Shown here one piece after another: positions 40,608-51,571 of a stretch of DNA of 64,000 bases (its first letter is position 1; every line of letters starts with the position of its first letter). Origin of the DNA: Paraspadella gotoi (lineage: Eukaryota; Animalia; Chaetognatha). Location: the NCBI GenBank assembly GCA_051294375.1, contig CM119269.1, positions 2,331,601 through 2,395,600 of the forward strand. Reading direction: 5' to 3'. The notes below the pieces were generated by a model. That model worked only from the letters and a program-made list of their open reading frames with translations, did no database searches and was not told where the DNA came from. The position numbers were made by a program, and so were the translations under genes.

Positions 40608-43600
40608 TTTCTTTCATGCAGTCTTTATTTTTTTTCTTTTTGCTTTTTCATTTTATCTTTCTTCCTCTTCCAAGATTAAAAAATTCTCTTTAAACCCGTT
40701 ACTGTTTTTTTTTTCCGACTTCGACTTTCCCTTTTTTTTTCATCATCTTCTCTTCCCCATTCAATATCTGGGAAAGGGAAAGCGTCATTAACATATTCTC
40801 GATGAAGCTCATCGCGTGCCTTTCAACTACAAAAGATTGTTTTTCATCATTAGACGGAAGATTCATTAGCTCCCTTCTCTAAAGAATAGTGACTCCCAAA
40901 AAAAAGGAAATATATTAATAGGAAAAAAAAAGACAATTAGTGAAGGAACAGATGGTTTAATAAAAGCTGAGTTTTTAGTTCTAGATTGATTAATAAAAAA
41001 ATATGGCTTGTAAACTCCTTTGACATGGACGCTTTACGTAATTTGTTATTTAAAAAAATTGTTTTTTTAAAAAAATACTTCCGAAACTATCATATTAAAA
41101 TTTTAAGAGATGGTTTTCGCTTGTGGACGACAAGAGTGGTTGCATAACTTTCTAGGCTTTTATAATGGATACAATGCTGCGTTGGCTAAGAGGCTCTGTT
41201 TCCAGGCTGTTTTTTTTCTGTTTATTCCTGAGGTATACACTAAGGCGTAGTAAAATTTCTAAATTTAACTTAAATTAAAATTCTAAAAGTGAGGAATGAA
41301 TAACATTATACTAATAACCATTTATGTAATAAAAAAATTTATAATAAATTTTACAATTTACGCAGTAAGCCATATTTATACTAGTACTAAACCAATAAAT
41401 GTTAAAATTTCAAAACAGTTTTTTCTAAGATTTTTTTGCAGATTTGGATTCGTCATAAAAAGTTGATAAAAAGAAATATAACTCTTTTTGAAAAATTCCT
41501 TCATTAAGTGGGTCAAAAATTCAAAAAAGCTATATTTTAAGCTGAAAATTAATTTTTTATATATTAAATATAGTTTTTTTAATTTTTAACCCACTTAATG
41601 AAATAATTTTTTAAAATGATTTATATTTTCTTTTATCAACTTTTGACGAGGAATTCAAATCTGCAATCAAAATTAAGAAAAGCTTATTTTGAAATTTTTC
41701 GATTTTATAAGGATAGTACTATATATAAATATAGCCTACTGTGAAAATTAAAAAACATAAAATTAATTTTTTTTACAAATTAATGTTCACTGATGGTATG
41801 TTGTTCATAATTGACTTTTAGAATTTTCGTATGTAACTTTCACTACGCCTTAGTATACACGCTTTGCTCACTTTGCTCAATATGCACAGGCTGTGATCTG
41901 TCTTATTTTATTGTGAGAGACGTTCTTTTTCCGCTGACTTTATAAAAAAATACTAAATACTCGTTCGACGACCGTTTTAATCACACGCGCGAGTTCATTT
42001 GTTTTGATGAAGAAAAAACTAAGCCGGTTTCTAAAAAAAATTACTTGTTTTTTTGTTTTTCGTTTTTCGCGAGATTCGTTATACGACTCTTGACATCGTT
42101 TCCCGCTCCATGATCCACATTCGTTGTTTTCACATCTAGTACTCGACCTTTTCGGTCGGTCTGTCGTTCTGTCTGTCCGTCGGTCTGTCCCACTTACGTT
42201 AAAAATGCATATAATTCGCCTATAGTTGGTTGCTCATTTGTTAAAACGTACAAAAATCTCAAATTTAAGTGACTACTAGCGCTGCCTTTAGGAAATCCTA
42301 AAACTGTAAGGAATAAAAGACGTAATTTGGATGCAGTGCATGTCATAAATACAAGGGCTAAGAAAGTTTTTTAGTCCAGTCATGCCATGTCAGATCATGT
42401 GATCGAAGAGAAATAGACGTGAAAATAAAGTCACTGCTGGAATCACCCTTCTTGTTTATAAATATAAAACTAAAGAAGAAACAAATGTGTGTCAGATCTC
42501 TCGTGATGTCGGTTATCGCGATTCTTCCTCTCGACGATTACGTTTTTTTCGTTTTGAGGAAACGTTTGGAGACGAGACAAAAAAAAACAAAAAACAAAAA
42601 CAAAACAAAACACCCCCCCAAAAAAAAACAAAAAAAAAAAACAAAAACAAAAAAACAAAAAAACAATACAAATAGATAGAAAGTCGGTTTTTCTTTTGTT
42701 TTTATCTTCGGTGAGATTAACTTAAAGTCTAATAATAATTTCATCATATCGATGCTAATATTGTTCTGTTTTTAAAAAGATTTTAAAGAAGCGTTAATAG
42801 AGCTTGTGTGCCTAATATTTAATGCTTAATGTAAATTATTTAAAATTATATATTTCAGAAAATGTGAAATCGCTCGCTGCCATATTATGTCTTCTCTACT
42901 AAAGTAAAAACAAAAAAGAGAGTAAGCCAAAGAGAAGAGGATTTTTACGAGAAATACACAATCTCAGCCTTCACTTTTATTACTTTACTTAGAGCTTGAA
43001 AAGTTCCATTAACGTTTTTACTACTTTCATCTACGAAATTACGACTCCTCGTCCGCGGCAGCTTGCTCTCACCCGTGACCTTACCCTCCTTTGCACTCAA
43101 CCGATTTGCGTCAGTTTCATTTGGAACTTATCTCCGTCCCCAACCCGACCCATTTCCCCCCCCCACGCAGCAGGCATCGATTTGACGCCGACGAAGGAAG
43201 AATCGATCCGTCGACGCCGCAGCACGAGAGGATCGTCGCTGGACTCCCTCGAGGTAAGTTAGGGCAGAAGAGAGATTAGAAGGAAACTGGGGTTTATTTT
43301 TCGGGTAAGTTTGATAAAACTTTGATTCGTTTGGAAAGTTTAAATTGCGGTTTAGGCTTCCGCGGTGGAGCTGGGGAATGATGAAATGATAAAATGAGAA
43401 AAAAATATGAACAAGTGTGCGAAACAATATAAACCACTATGCAAATATGGAACCGGGCAAATACGCACTGGAAACGGTCGAGTGCCGTTGAATCCGCATT
43501 AATTAGCGATGGGCAAATAACAACGGTCGCTTTTAATCGATATGAAAAAAAAAATATTCGATATTACAACGTAATTAACACATAAAAAAGATTTTAACAG

Positions 43601-44611
43601 CTTTTTTTTCTTCTCGGTTTTTGTTCATGATGAAAAAAATGTATGTATGTATAATATATAATATAATATATAATTTAATATTGTATATAAATAGAGTAAA
43701 AAATGAATTGTAGAAAAGAAAGGCGCCTCACTCTTTTCGAAATGGAACCGAAGGTCTGAGAGAGACCAGCTTCTTGTCTCAATTCATCCCGCGACTTTGA
43801 ACGAAGAGAAAGCGGTTAACCTTCCAAATAAGAAAACCTTAAAGGGAGGCGATTCTTAGAATATGGGTTCGCATAAAAAAAAGATTTGACGAAATAAAAC
43901 TGCTTCGACGTCGCTTCCATCTGCGGAAGAAAAAATAAAAGGAAGAGAGGAAAAAAAAATATAGGGATGAGAGTTGGGAAAAAAAAGAGAACGAGTGGGA
44001 GGAATAAAAAAAAAATATTGAGGCTTCATTTTTTCTTTTTTCGTGTCTTCTCTTTTTCTCCCTTTCCTATCTTCTCCTTACTCATTACCTCTCTTTTTTA
44101 TCTCTTTCCTCTCTCCTCCTTACTCATTTTCTCTCTCGTTTGCTCTCTTTTTTTTCTCCTCTTTACTCATTACCTCTCTCTTTTTATCTCTTTCATCTCG
44201 CTTCCTTTCTCATTACCTCTCTCTTTTTATCTCTTTCCTCTCTCCTCCTTTCTCATTACCTCTCTCTTTTTATCTCTTTCCTCTCTCCTCCTTTCTCATT
44301 ACCTCTCTCGTTTGCTCTCTTTTTTTTCTCCTCTTTACTCATTACTTCTCTCTTTTTATCTCTTTCATCTCGCTTCCTTTCTCATTACCTCTCTCTTTTT
44401 ATCCCTTTTCTCTCTCCTCCTTACTCATTTTCTCTCTCGTTTGCTCTCTTTTTTTTCTCCTCTTTACTCATTACCTCTCTCTTTTATCTCTTTCCTCTCT
44501 CCTCCTACTCATTACCTCTCTCTTTTTTCTCCTTTCCTCTCTCCTCTTACTCATTACCTCTCTCTTTTTCTCCCTTTTCTTTCTCTTTCCCATTTCTCCC
44601 CTCATCTACCT

Positions 44612-44660
<49 letters not shown>

Positions 44661-45970
44661 CCCAGAGCAACGACGTGGAAGAGGACGACGACGACGACGA
44701 GGGCGGATTCGGCTCCGCCCATCATTCGCGTCGACTTGAGGACGACTTCATCGCCGGAGGTGAGTTCATCGCCGGAGGTGAGTTCCTCCTATTTTCGCGT
44801 CGCGGTTCCCGAGGTCGCCGGATCGCGGTTCTGCGTCGTCGTCTTAATTCGTATTTATTTATTTAAACCTTTCATTTAAGGCTGATTTAATTTTAAAGAT
44901 TATTTTTTTTCGGTATGATAGGATAGAAATAGGAAAGATAAGGAAATGGGAAAGGGGAAAAAGGAAAAGGGGGAAAAAGGGAAAAGAGAGGAAGATAGGA
45001 AAATAGGAAAGAGAGGGAAATGGGAAAGGGGAAAAAGGAAAAGAGGGAAAAAGGGAAAAAGGGAAAAGAGAGGAAGATAGGAAAATAGGAAAGAGAGGGA
45101 AATGGGAAAGGGGAAAAAGGAAAAGGGGGAAAAAGGGAAAAGAGAGGAAGATAGGAAAATAGGAAAGAGAGGGAAAGGGGAAAGGGGAAAAAGGAAAAGG
45201 GGGAAAAGACACGAAGATAGGAAAGAAAGGAAAGAAATGGAAAAGGGAAAAGGGGGAAAGAGGAAAAGAGAAAAAGAGAGAAAGAAAAAAAAAAGAAAAG
45301 AGGTCAGAAGCACGATGTATAATTTGTAATTTGTAATTTGTAATAATTGTATGTAAAAGAGCGGCCAGGGCTCACTGAGTGACGGCGCGCTCTGATGGGC
45401 GGAGCCTCTTTTGGATATTTTTTTGTCCGAGGAAAATGGATTCGACAGGAAAGCGGATCATGAAAGATCGAGGGTCGAAAGGGGAGAGTCGAGCTTTGAC
45501 TGCGTAGAATCATGTACAACCGGTAAATTGTGCGCTGCGGGGTCGAGAGTAAAGGTTGTAGTGCACACGGGGAACACTCGCGAAAATTCTGACGAGACAG
45601 TCGAATAATTGTATTCATATATTTTACGAATGAGTTCATAAAGTTAAAATCTTAAATAAGCTAAATATGAGCGATTGTCTTTTATCGAGATGAACAAATT
45701 TTTTTAAGAATTGAAAGGAATTGAAATGAATATAAAAAAAAGTGGCGGATTTTTAATTTGATTTAATTTATCGATTCCGAAGTTGCAAATCTTCTTTGTA
45801 ATACGGAACTTGAAATTGAAAATCTTTTTTTTTCATCAGATCCTTCGACGATGCGGTTCGAGGGCGTCGGCGGCGGCGTCGGCGGCGGCGGCGCCAGAGG
45901 AATGACCGACGCTCAAAAAATCACCAAATGCCTCATGGAACTTGTTGAGACGGAAAGGCAATACGTTAAG
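12115..45970 (+). CDS. Partial multi-exon gene: Tiam1/Tiam2/Still life (sif)-family Rac guanine nucleotide exchange factor (RBD-PDZ-linker-start of DH); 5' and 3' exons not found in the window
   Basis: Eight exons with AG/GT boundaries and consistent phases (0-0-0-1-1-1-0-1-0) splice into one frame: TTLISVAESARVADVLHSICFKRHINAASHFLAF...VFDSIVICPKIVFRIEL...VEAEVE...ELSIYVSDVTPGGLAQQKGIVEGDEILSINGKPVRELDMTYVESLLGQ...TVRSARSEPP...MTDAQKITKCLMELVETERQYVK. Domain order and motifs (ICPK, GDEIL.ING, LDM.Y.ES, RS.R.EPP, DA.K..K...EL.ETER.YVK) match Tiam1/SIF as I recall them; no database search was run. Confidence 0.9.
12735..12824 (+). CDS. Tiam1/SIF-like exon: end of RBD, start of PDZ
   Basis: cttcag| 90 bp |gttggt; VFDSIVICPKIVFRIELDRVPLSTSELGMQ contains the conserved ICPK motif. 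Confidence 0.85.
12847..12983. repeat. Direct tandem duplication, period 70 bp
   Basis: TAGTCGTTCTGGCT(C/T)GATAGCGAGGCCCTGTGATATTTTCCGTCATC(C/T)ACCCTACTAAGCTCTTATA twice. Confidence 0.9.
14756..14882 (+). CDS. Tiam1/SIF-like exon: PDZ N-terminal half
   Basis: attcag| 127 bp |gtgaag, phase 0/1; VEAEVESLV...ELSIYVSDVTPGGLAQQK. Confidence 0.85.
16498..17240. mobile_element. Helentron/DINE-1-like non-autonomous element, copy 1
   Basis: Starts AACAAGTTTGAGCAAACAATGTCGGATCTGCCCACGAT (same as 35831); duplicated core block and (GACG/GACA)n microsatellite typical of DINE-1/HINE elements. Confidence 0.6.
17439..18718. mobile_element. Non-autonomous TIR DNA transposon with TTAA TSD (Kolobok-like)
   Basis: TTAA|GGCCTGGGATCA ... 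TGATCCCAGGCC|TTAA; GG termini fit Kolobok better than piggyBac; no ORF. Confidence 0.8.
20414..21295 (-). pseudogene. Intronless EamA/DMT-superfamily (SLC35G-like) membrane transporter ORF, frameshifted and truncated at its 3' end, nested antisense in the Tiam1-like intron
   Basis: GC-rich island. Hydrophobic peptide continues across overlapping minus-strand ORFs 21113-21295, 20866-21216, 20672-21031 and 20355-21044, with motifs FYCVRRLPAGDAVTL and ALERVEGDVAAMFTALEIPITYALAYFFLGQTPDWLGCLGAV typical of EamA repeats. The frameshifts could be sequencing errors. Confidence 0.7.
21448..22058. mobile_element. Related hAT-type MITE copy carrying a SINE insertion
   Basis: Ends TAAAGCGTAG...CTACGGCCTTG; flanks TTCTGTAT/TTCTGGAT (7/8 TSD); internal similarity to 41241-41852; mirrored part at 20194-20364. 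Confidence 0.7.
21773..21969 (+). mobile_element. tRNA-derived SINE (Gly-like head, AAT tail)
   Basis: GCGGCCA...TGGCCGC acceptor stem, TCGCCTCCCA anticodon-region similarity to tRNA-Gly(CCC), CCGGG-GTTCTAG-CCCGG T-arm/B-box, ~115 bp unrelated body, (AAT)3 tail. Confidence 0.65.
29745..30619. mobile_element. Second TTAA-flanked non-autonomous TIR element (Kolobok-like MITE)
   Basis: TTAA|GGGGACCCAGTGA ... TCACTTGGTCCCC|TTAA (12/13 TIR match). Confidence 0.75.
31876..32262. repeat. (GAAACGGAAC)n decamer tandem array
   Basis: Directly visible; the RNETERNGTK ORFs are artefacts of the repeat. Confidence 0.95.
32641..32955 (-). mobile_element. Possible diverged solo LTR related to the 50779 element
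   Basis: TGTGGGGAATCCCCG...GTTGAAGGCGT resembles the reverse complement of the LTR 3' end (TGTGGCGAATTCACG...GTTAAAAGGCGT); also shares AGGTCCC.GGATCGA.TCC and GCTGCT.TGG blocks in the same order; by-eye alignment only. Confidence 0.3.
34880..35425. mobile_element. Probable Helentron/Helitron-type element ending in a strong GC hairpin
   Basis: Terminal stem-loop TATCGAGCCT-GA-ACCGG-CTTCG-CCGGT-AGGCTCGATA (35389-35425) after a (GAC)n tract; left boundary uncertain. Confidence 0.45.
35720..35828. repeat. Interspersed repeat (GGTC/GTCC-tract family), second copy at about 42149-42247
   Basis: Shared GTCGGTC...CTGTCCCACTTACGTTAAAAATG.ATATAATT...GTTGGTTG...TTTGTTAA. Confidence 0.7.
35831..36600. 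mobile_element. Helentron/DINE-1-like non-autonomous element, copy 2, with an internal ~19-bp minisatellite (AACTTGCATCATTTTTTTC)
   Basis: Same 5' end, core blocks and GACG/GACA tract as 16498-17240; a more diverged start is at 50185. Confidence 0.6.
37085..38095. repeat. Minisatellite: TTTTCGACTCGTCAACACAACAGCCTTTTTCCCCCAA units separated by variable (TAT)n
   Basis: Five units at 37085-37390 and one more at about 37947-37985. Confidence 0.9.
38394..38483 (+). CDS. Tiam1/SIF-like exon: PDZ C-terminal half
   Basis: aatcag| 90 bp |gtaagg, phase 1/1; (G)IVEGDEILSINGKPVRELDMTYVESLLGQ, the classic PDZ GD.IL.ING motif. Confidence 0.92.
38885..39150. repeat. 21-bp minisatellite (GTTTCGTCCTTGCTTTCTGTT) followed by CCGCTTTCT(C/T) repeats
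   Basis: Directly visible tandem units. Confidence 0.9.
39366..39625. repeat. (GGTC)n microsatellite
   Basis: Directly visible. Confidence 0.95.
40076..40168 (+). CDS. Tiam1/SIF-like exon: end of PDZ and linker
   Basis: polypyrimidine tract, tctcag| 93 bp |gtaagt, phase 1/1; ASVFLTVRSARSEPPSMAILVEQDMMDSSM. Confidence 0.85.
41241..41852. mobile_element. hAT-type MITE with long imperfect inverted arms
   Basis: TIR TAAGGCGTAGT...ACTACGCCTTA; perfect 8-bp TSD GTATACAC (41233-41240, 41853-41860); the two halves are imperfect reverse complements. Confidence 0.88.
43171..43253 (+). CDS. Tiam1/SIF-like linker exon (NAGNAG acceptor, alternative start 43174)
   Basis: cgcag|cag| ... gag|gtaagt, phase 1/0; AGIDLTPTKEESIRRRRSTRGSSLDSLE; phase fits both neighbours. 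Confidence 0.72.
44070..45300. repeat. CT-rich tandem array upstream and GA-rich tandem array downstream of exon 44666-44759
   Basis: CTCATTACCTCTCT units at 44070-44660; GATAGGAAAATAGGAAAGAGAGGGAAATGGG units at 44925-45300. Confidence 0.85.
44666..44759 (+). CDS. Tiam1/SIF-like acidic linker exon (alternative donor at 44777)
   Basis: (CT)n then cccag| 94 bp |gtgagt, phase 0/1; SNDVEEDDDDDEGGFGSAHHSRRLEDDFIAG. Confidence 0.72.
45840..45970 (+). CDS. Tiam1/SIF-like exon: start of DH (RhoGEF) domain
   Basis: tttcatcag| 131 bp |gtaagt, phase 1/0; MTDAQKITKCLMELVETERQYVK is the DH CR1 motif. Confidence 0.92.
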
Positions 45971-46696
45971 GTAAGTCATTTCAAACTCATCTTTTCTATC
46001 GCTGATATCTCTATTGCGGAACACGACTTTTTTTTTATCATACTTTATGCGAGTTGGTTTTTTTTTAAATTAAAGACAACGATTTTTCGATTGTGTTTTT
46101 TTCTTATATGTGCATCTCAAACATATTTAACAGGTACTAATTTTGTCTCTACACCAAATTTGAACGATTTTTTACGATTTAGGTGTCTTTATCGATGTAG
46201 AGTAAGTAACAAACTTTTTTTTTCTGTCTCGAATCTTTTTTAATTTTTGATTAGACAGTTATCAAACATTATCTTCGACACCGACTACTTTAGTTAAGTT
46301 AAATCCTCGATTCTCACTTGGTGGCAGCGATCATCAATCCTTACCAATCTGCTTCAGCTGAAAATAGTAAATAAACCTGAAGTCGCCTAAATATTATCAT
46401 CTTGTCATGTCTCGTCTTGCCACGCTCTTGTCATCAACGGTCTATTCTTACAGTCGCTCATATCAAGCCAGCCGCTCCGCTACAGCGATCCCGAACGCCT
46501 CTCATCGCCTCCTATCGCCTCCGCCCTTCGCCTCCGCCTCCGTTGCCTCGAATAAAAACCCATAAAAGGTTTTATTTCGCGGATAACAATCGACTTTTTT
46601 TTTAAGGTTTTGTTTTGTTTCTATTTTGGTTTTTGTTTTTGTCGATCCAATCGACGTTTCTCTCTGAGCTCCTCCTTTCCGTCTCCGCTGTCCGAT

Positions 46697-46778
<82 letters not shown>

Positions 46779-48242
46779 ACAGAGAGATTGAGAGAGAGAG
46801 AGTTAGAAAAAAAAACCTTTTCTTTGCCTTTTGTCAACGACATTCAGAGCGGCGAGGCACCCAGTCGCTCACCCCGTGACTCAAGTAACTCGCTAACCAA
46901 CCCACTAACTTACCGTCTCGATCAACAGCTCGATTTTTCACTCCCCTCCACTTTCACCATCGCAAACTCATCACTTTTTCACTCTCCCTTTCGCTCACAA
47001 CCGATGCATCCTTTTTTTCATCATTTTTTGGAAAATCTTGATCGGGCAATGTTCGCTCTATTTCCCTTACAACGGCCACTTTCCTCTCTTTCCTCTCTTT
47101 CCCTCCTCTCTCCTCACGATCGGAACATTATCCAGTACCCACCCTCCTTTTTTTTTTCCCGGCATTGATTTTGCCCGCAAACGTGGAAAGACATTTATTG
47201 CGCGCGATAAAAAAAAAAAGGCACATAAACGCGGCGAGAAAAAAAAAGACAATATTTTTCTTTTGATGTAATCCGAATATCTTTTTTTTTTTTCGCCAAC
47301 CGCGTTTGCAACTTTTCCCCTCGTCGACGCTGAACCGATAGCGCGACCGGGATAAGGCGAGATGTGAAACGCTTTTGTTTATCGTGAAAGATTTTCACGG
47401 AGTCCTCGGTAGTCGATGCTTTTTTTTAAAAAGCCTCCTTTCTTAATAGATAACTAATATCTCTACTGATTAACTGCTGGGTAAAATTTTGTCAAAATTA
47501 CCGCGGTAAAGAAAATATTTTTTTTAAATACATAATATTGGTCATTTTTGTGAGTGATCGTTTTGATTATTCTTCGTGTCCTTCAATGATTGCATAACAA
47601 AATCTTATTAGTAAAACATGTTTTGTGACAAATAAAATGAGTTGACTAGTAATAAAATAAAATAAATAAAATATCCCCTTTTATTTCTTGTTAATATTTA
47701 CCCAGTAATAAAAATCTTTTCATCGAAAATTGGGGTCCTAAATCAAAACGCAAAAAAAGACCCGGGGTCTTTGTTTTTTTATTGCGACGTGTCTGACCTG
47801 TTATCGCAGTTGTCCTCTCTGGAGATTTCTTTGTTTTACAGTCACTGTAAAAAAAAATGGTTCTTTGTTACCTTGTTTCTTTAACTTTCTTTCTTTTTGT
47901 TGTTCTTTTTTTTCCCCCTTTTTTCTTTTTAAAATTTTTTATATTCTTCCTCGTTTCCTTCTTACGTATTGTTACTTTTTCTCCTCTTCTCTCTATCCCA
48001 AGTACGAACCCCCAACCTTCATCATCCCTCGTCCATCCTTTCCTCGTTGTCCACTTCACAACCCCAATTACACCCCCCCCCTCACTCGCTCCCCCCTTTT
48101 TATGACTTTCTACTAAAGCGAACTAACGACTGTTTTATGCAAGAAACTTTTTAGTCGAGAGAAGATCGCGATTCTTCACACGAAGAAACTGTCGCCCTTT
48201 CGTAGCTTTTAAAGCGAGCCCGCTGTATGCAAAAATATGCAG

Positions 48243-48357
48243 CCGGATGCAGCGATTTTCTGTCGCCGGATGCAGTGATTACTGTCGCCGGATGCAGCGA
48301 TTTACTGTCGCCGGATGCAGCGATTTTCTGTCGCCGGATGCAGTGATTACTGTCGCC
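48243..48357. repeat. 21-bp minisatellite (CTGTCGCCGGATGCAG(C/T)GATT)
   Basis: About five tandem units. Confidence 0.9.
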
Positions 48358-48721
48358 CTCGCCTCCCTGGAAAAAAAAATGGTATCGTCGGCGGAGAAGA
48401 GTTGCTGTCCTCGTGATTGTGACGGTGTGACATCAGGCGTCGGTGAACGGAAAGGCAGACGATTAACCTTGGAGTAATGGTTAATGATATTAAAACGACG
48501 TGGGCCTTTTATAGGAAAGCTTCCGAATAACGAAAACATTTTTGATTCCTCGCTGCGATACGAAGGCTCTCCTGCGGCCCTTTGGATTGCTTGCCGCAAC
48601 CAAGCGCCCTGGTCGGCTTGCTGCCACTGTGGCGGTGGAGCGAAGAATACTAATGAAAACGGGCCTCGGAGCTTTTTGCATGAGAATTACCGACGACGGA
48701 AAAATGGAGAAAGCAGTAATC

Positions 48722-48761
<40 letters not shown>

Positions 48762-49493
48762 AAGTTGCAGTTTATTTTCACTCAGTTCGCGCGGAATGTT
48801 TCACTCGTTTTGTTGGAATCGTCGATCGTGAGATCGTTAGTCGAGTCGATGAGGAGGTGATGGGATTTCTCACGATTCACGCCGACATTCACGGGTTTCC
48901 TCACCCCGTGAATTACCCCCACCCCCCTTAACACCAATCTATTTTAATTTACTTTAATTTCTTTTATATTTATTCCTTTATTTAATTTTTATTGTCAAGA
49001 TCGTTAGCTCAATGGAAAATAGAAAAATTATGAAGCAATTGATCGTAAAAGGGAATGAGAATAAATTGAGAGCCAAAGAGAAAGGGAGTGAAAGAGAAAG
49101 GGAGAGAAAGAGAAAGAGAAAGAGAAATGGAAAGGAGGAATCCCTGTCGGAACGAACCATAAGAGAAGGAATCTTGATTTCGCTGATGCCTCATAAAAAA
49201 AACCCATAAAAAGCCTTTTATTGTCCCGAGATGGTTTGTTTACTACTTCGCGCGGTTATCTTTATTCTTCTTCGGTTGTCGTACGCCCGGCTGATCCTCG
49301 TGTCCGACATTTCGTTTGTACGTGGCGACGCAAGTGGACACGCCCACCGTCAACAACCTGGTACTGCCGTTTGTTTTCGTTTTGATGTATTTGGATCCAG
49401 GCGCCGTTATGACGTCTGGCCCTGCTGAAGATCGAAACTATTTTTCTATTTTCCGCTGGCAATGTATTAATTTTTATGTTATTACCTTTTCTT

Positions 49494-49546
<53 letters not shown>

Positions 49547-49834
49547 CTCTCACTCATTCTCCCCTCTATCTCTTTCTTCCCTTTGAGAAAGAGGAACACC
49601 ACTGTTTCATCTTGAGATTGTTATCCCATAATCTTCTCGAACGAATTGCATCGCAATAAAAAAGCGATCTTAAAACGATTCTAGTCTTTGATGTGTTTAT
49701 CCGAATCCTATGATTACGACACGGTTGCTAGGAGACGGGAAGATACAACATCTGTTGTTGTTGTTGTTGCCATAGGAAATAATGTATTTTCCAACTTTCC
49801 AATAACATCTTTACGTACTCATGTTTTCATTTTT

Positions 49835-49954
<120 letters not shown>

Positions 49955-50778
49955 TCCCTCTCTTTCCCATTCATCACAACAACAACGACAAGAAAGCCGA
50001 CAAAGACAACGACGACATTTCCGGTCCAGAGATCGTCGCGCCAGTCAACGCCCATCGGAGGGGATTTGACGTCCCCGGATGAGAGAATAACGGATAAGAG
50101 AAAAGTATGTAAATGAGGTGTCGATGTGAGAGAACGGACTTTAATACGAACGATGTAATTTATTTAGAAAACGAATTTTATTTTAACAAGTTTGAGCAAA
50201 CGACTTCGTATTTGCCCACTGTCTACGATAATTGAGCAATCCGGTTAATCAGATCATGAGTGCTCCTGTATTTATGTATTATTCGTATTTTTCCTCGAGG
50301 TATTTTTAAGCCTTTGGTAGACTTATTTGAACTAACCCTTTTGTTTTTGCAAAAAATAATTAATTTATTTTTATTTGAGCAATGGTAGCGGACCGACCGA
50401 CCGACGGACAGACACTAAAAGTGAAAAAAAAATCTTTTTAAGCTGACTCGGCGAAAAACGAAATTTTTTGGTTCCAATAGACAAAAGTTTGGTCTTTTAC
50501 AATTAAAAAAAAAAATTGAAACAAAGAATAAAAATAGTCGAACGCACATAAATGACATTGGGACTTATTATTTATTACGATTTATAGAGTTGTTTATTTT
50601 GTTCGAGTCTTTTCTGCAGTCACGAGCTTTTGATCGCGCGGATGGCGCCCTCGTAGATCTCCTGTTGGAGAGAGAGAGAGAGAGAGAAAGAGAAAGAGAA
50701 AGAGAGAGAGAGAAAGAAATAATGGGATTGATTTTCTCGATGTGAAAAGGCAAGTTCGTCGAAGGTCCCACGAACTCA

Positions 50779-51472
50779 TGTGGGATTCGATCCCGTTTTC
50801 TTCGCCTTCCAAAGCAGCTCAGCCAGGAGTAAGGCCTATTTTCCAATTCATAAACAAACTCGTTTTCAAAGTTTTATATATAATTATAAACACTTTAAAT
50901 CAATAAGCAAAATAATGATTTCCCGGATTCGATCCCGGGACCTTCAATCAGCAACTATGCATTAGTGGTTTTCACCACTTCGGTACTTATCAAATAGATA
51001 TTCCATTCTTACCCTAAATATAAACTTAATCATGTTAAAACAAAAGAACATTATGTTACTATATTGATGCTAGAGTACACTAGCATAAGTTTTATGGTTC
51101 CTCTTTTAGAACCTTACCAATGTTATTCCTTTATTCACTCACAAAGAATCTTCTTTACCAAGTGGATCAACATCTCCATAATGTTAATATTATTTCCTTG
51201 TTAACGTTTAATAATTGTTATTATTGATATTTATTGATTAATATTATTGCTTGTTATTGCCATGCTTTTTAACGCATATAGAATATCTATATGCTTTGAT
51301 TATTTATTAAGGTACCAATTTTAACCGTGAACAAATCAAGAACTTTGTTCTAGAACATTTTTATAGAACCAAGTGGTTCTGACGAACTGTTGCAGCCCGC
51401 GACGCCGCGAAGAATCTTCTCACGCCTTTTAACGCGCCTGAAGGAAGTTGGCGATTCCGTGAATTCGCCACA
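50779..51472 (+). repeat. 5' LTR (~694 bp)
   Basis: TGTGGGATTCG...GAATTCGCCACA, direct repeat of 56215-56909. Confidence 0.96.
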
Positions 51473-51473
51473 T

Positions 51474-51486
51474 TGGTGACCCCGAC
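51474..51486 (+). promoter_or_regulatory. Primer binding site complementary to the 3' end of tRNA-Trp
   Basis: TGGTGACCCCGAC, 1 nt after the 5' LTR; reverse complement of the tRNA-Trp 3' end GTCGGGGTCACCA. Confidence 0.9.
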
Positions 51487-51571
51487 AACGAACTTTCAGT
51501 AACGCTTGAACAAGATTCGAGACGCCTACCAACCTTCGAACCGGAAGTGACGTCATTCGCGCCCGTTCTCG

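Noticed and set aside
43967-44879. 299-, 278- and 199-aa ORFs rich in F/L/S
   Set aside because: Translations of CT-rich repeats; only 44666-44759 is a supported exon.
45585-45610. CTGACGA-GACAGTC-GAAT hammerhead-like core
   Set aside because: Lacks GAAA and convincing stems I and III.
51339-51380. Heat-shock-element-like GAA/TTC cluster in the LTR
   Set aside because: Only two correctly phased nGAAn units (GTTCTAGAAC), below the canonical three.
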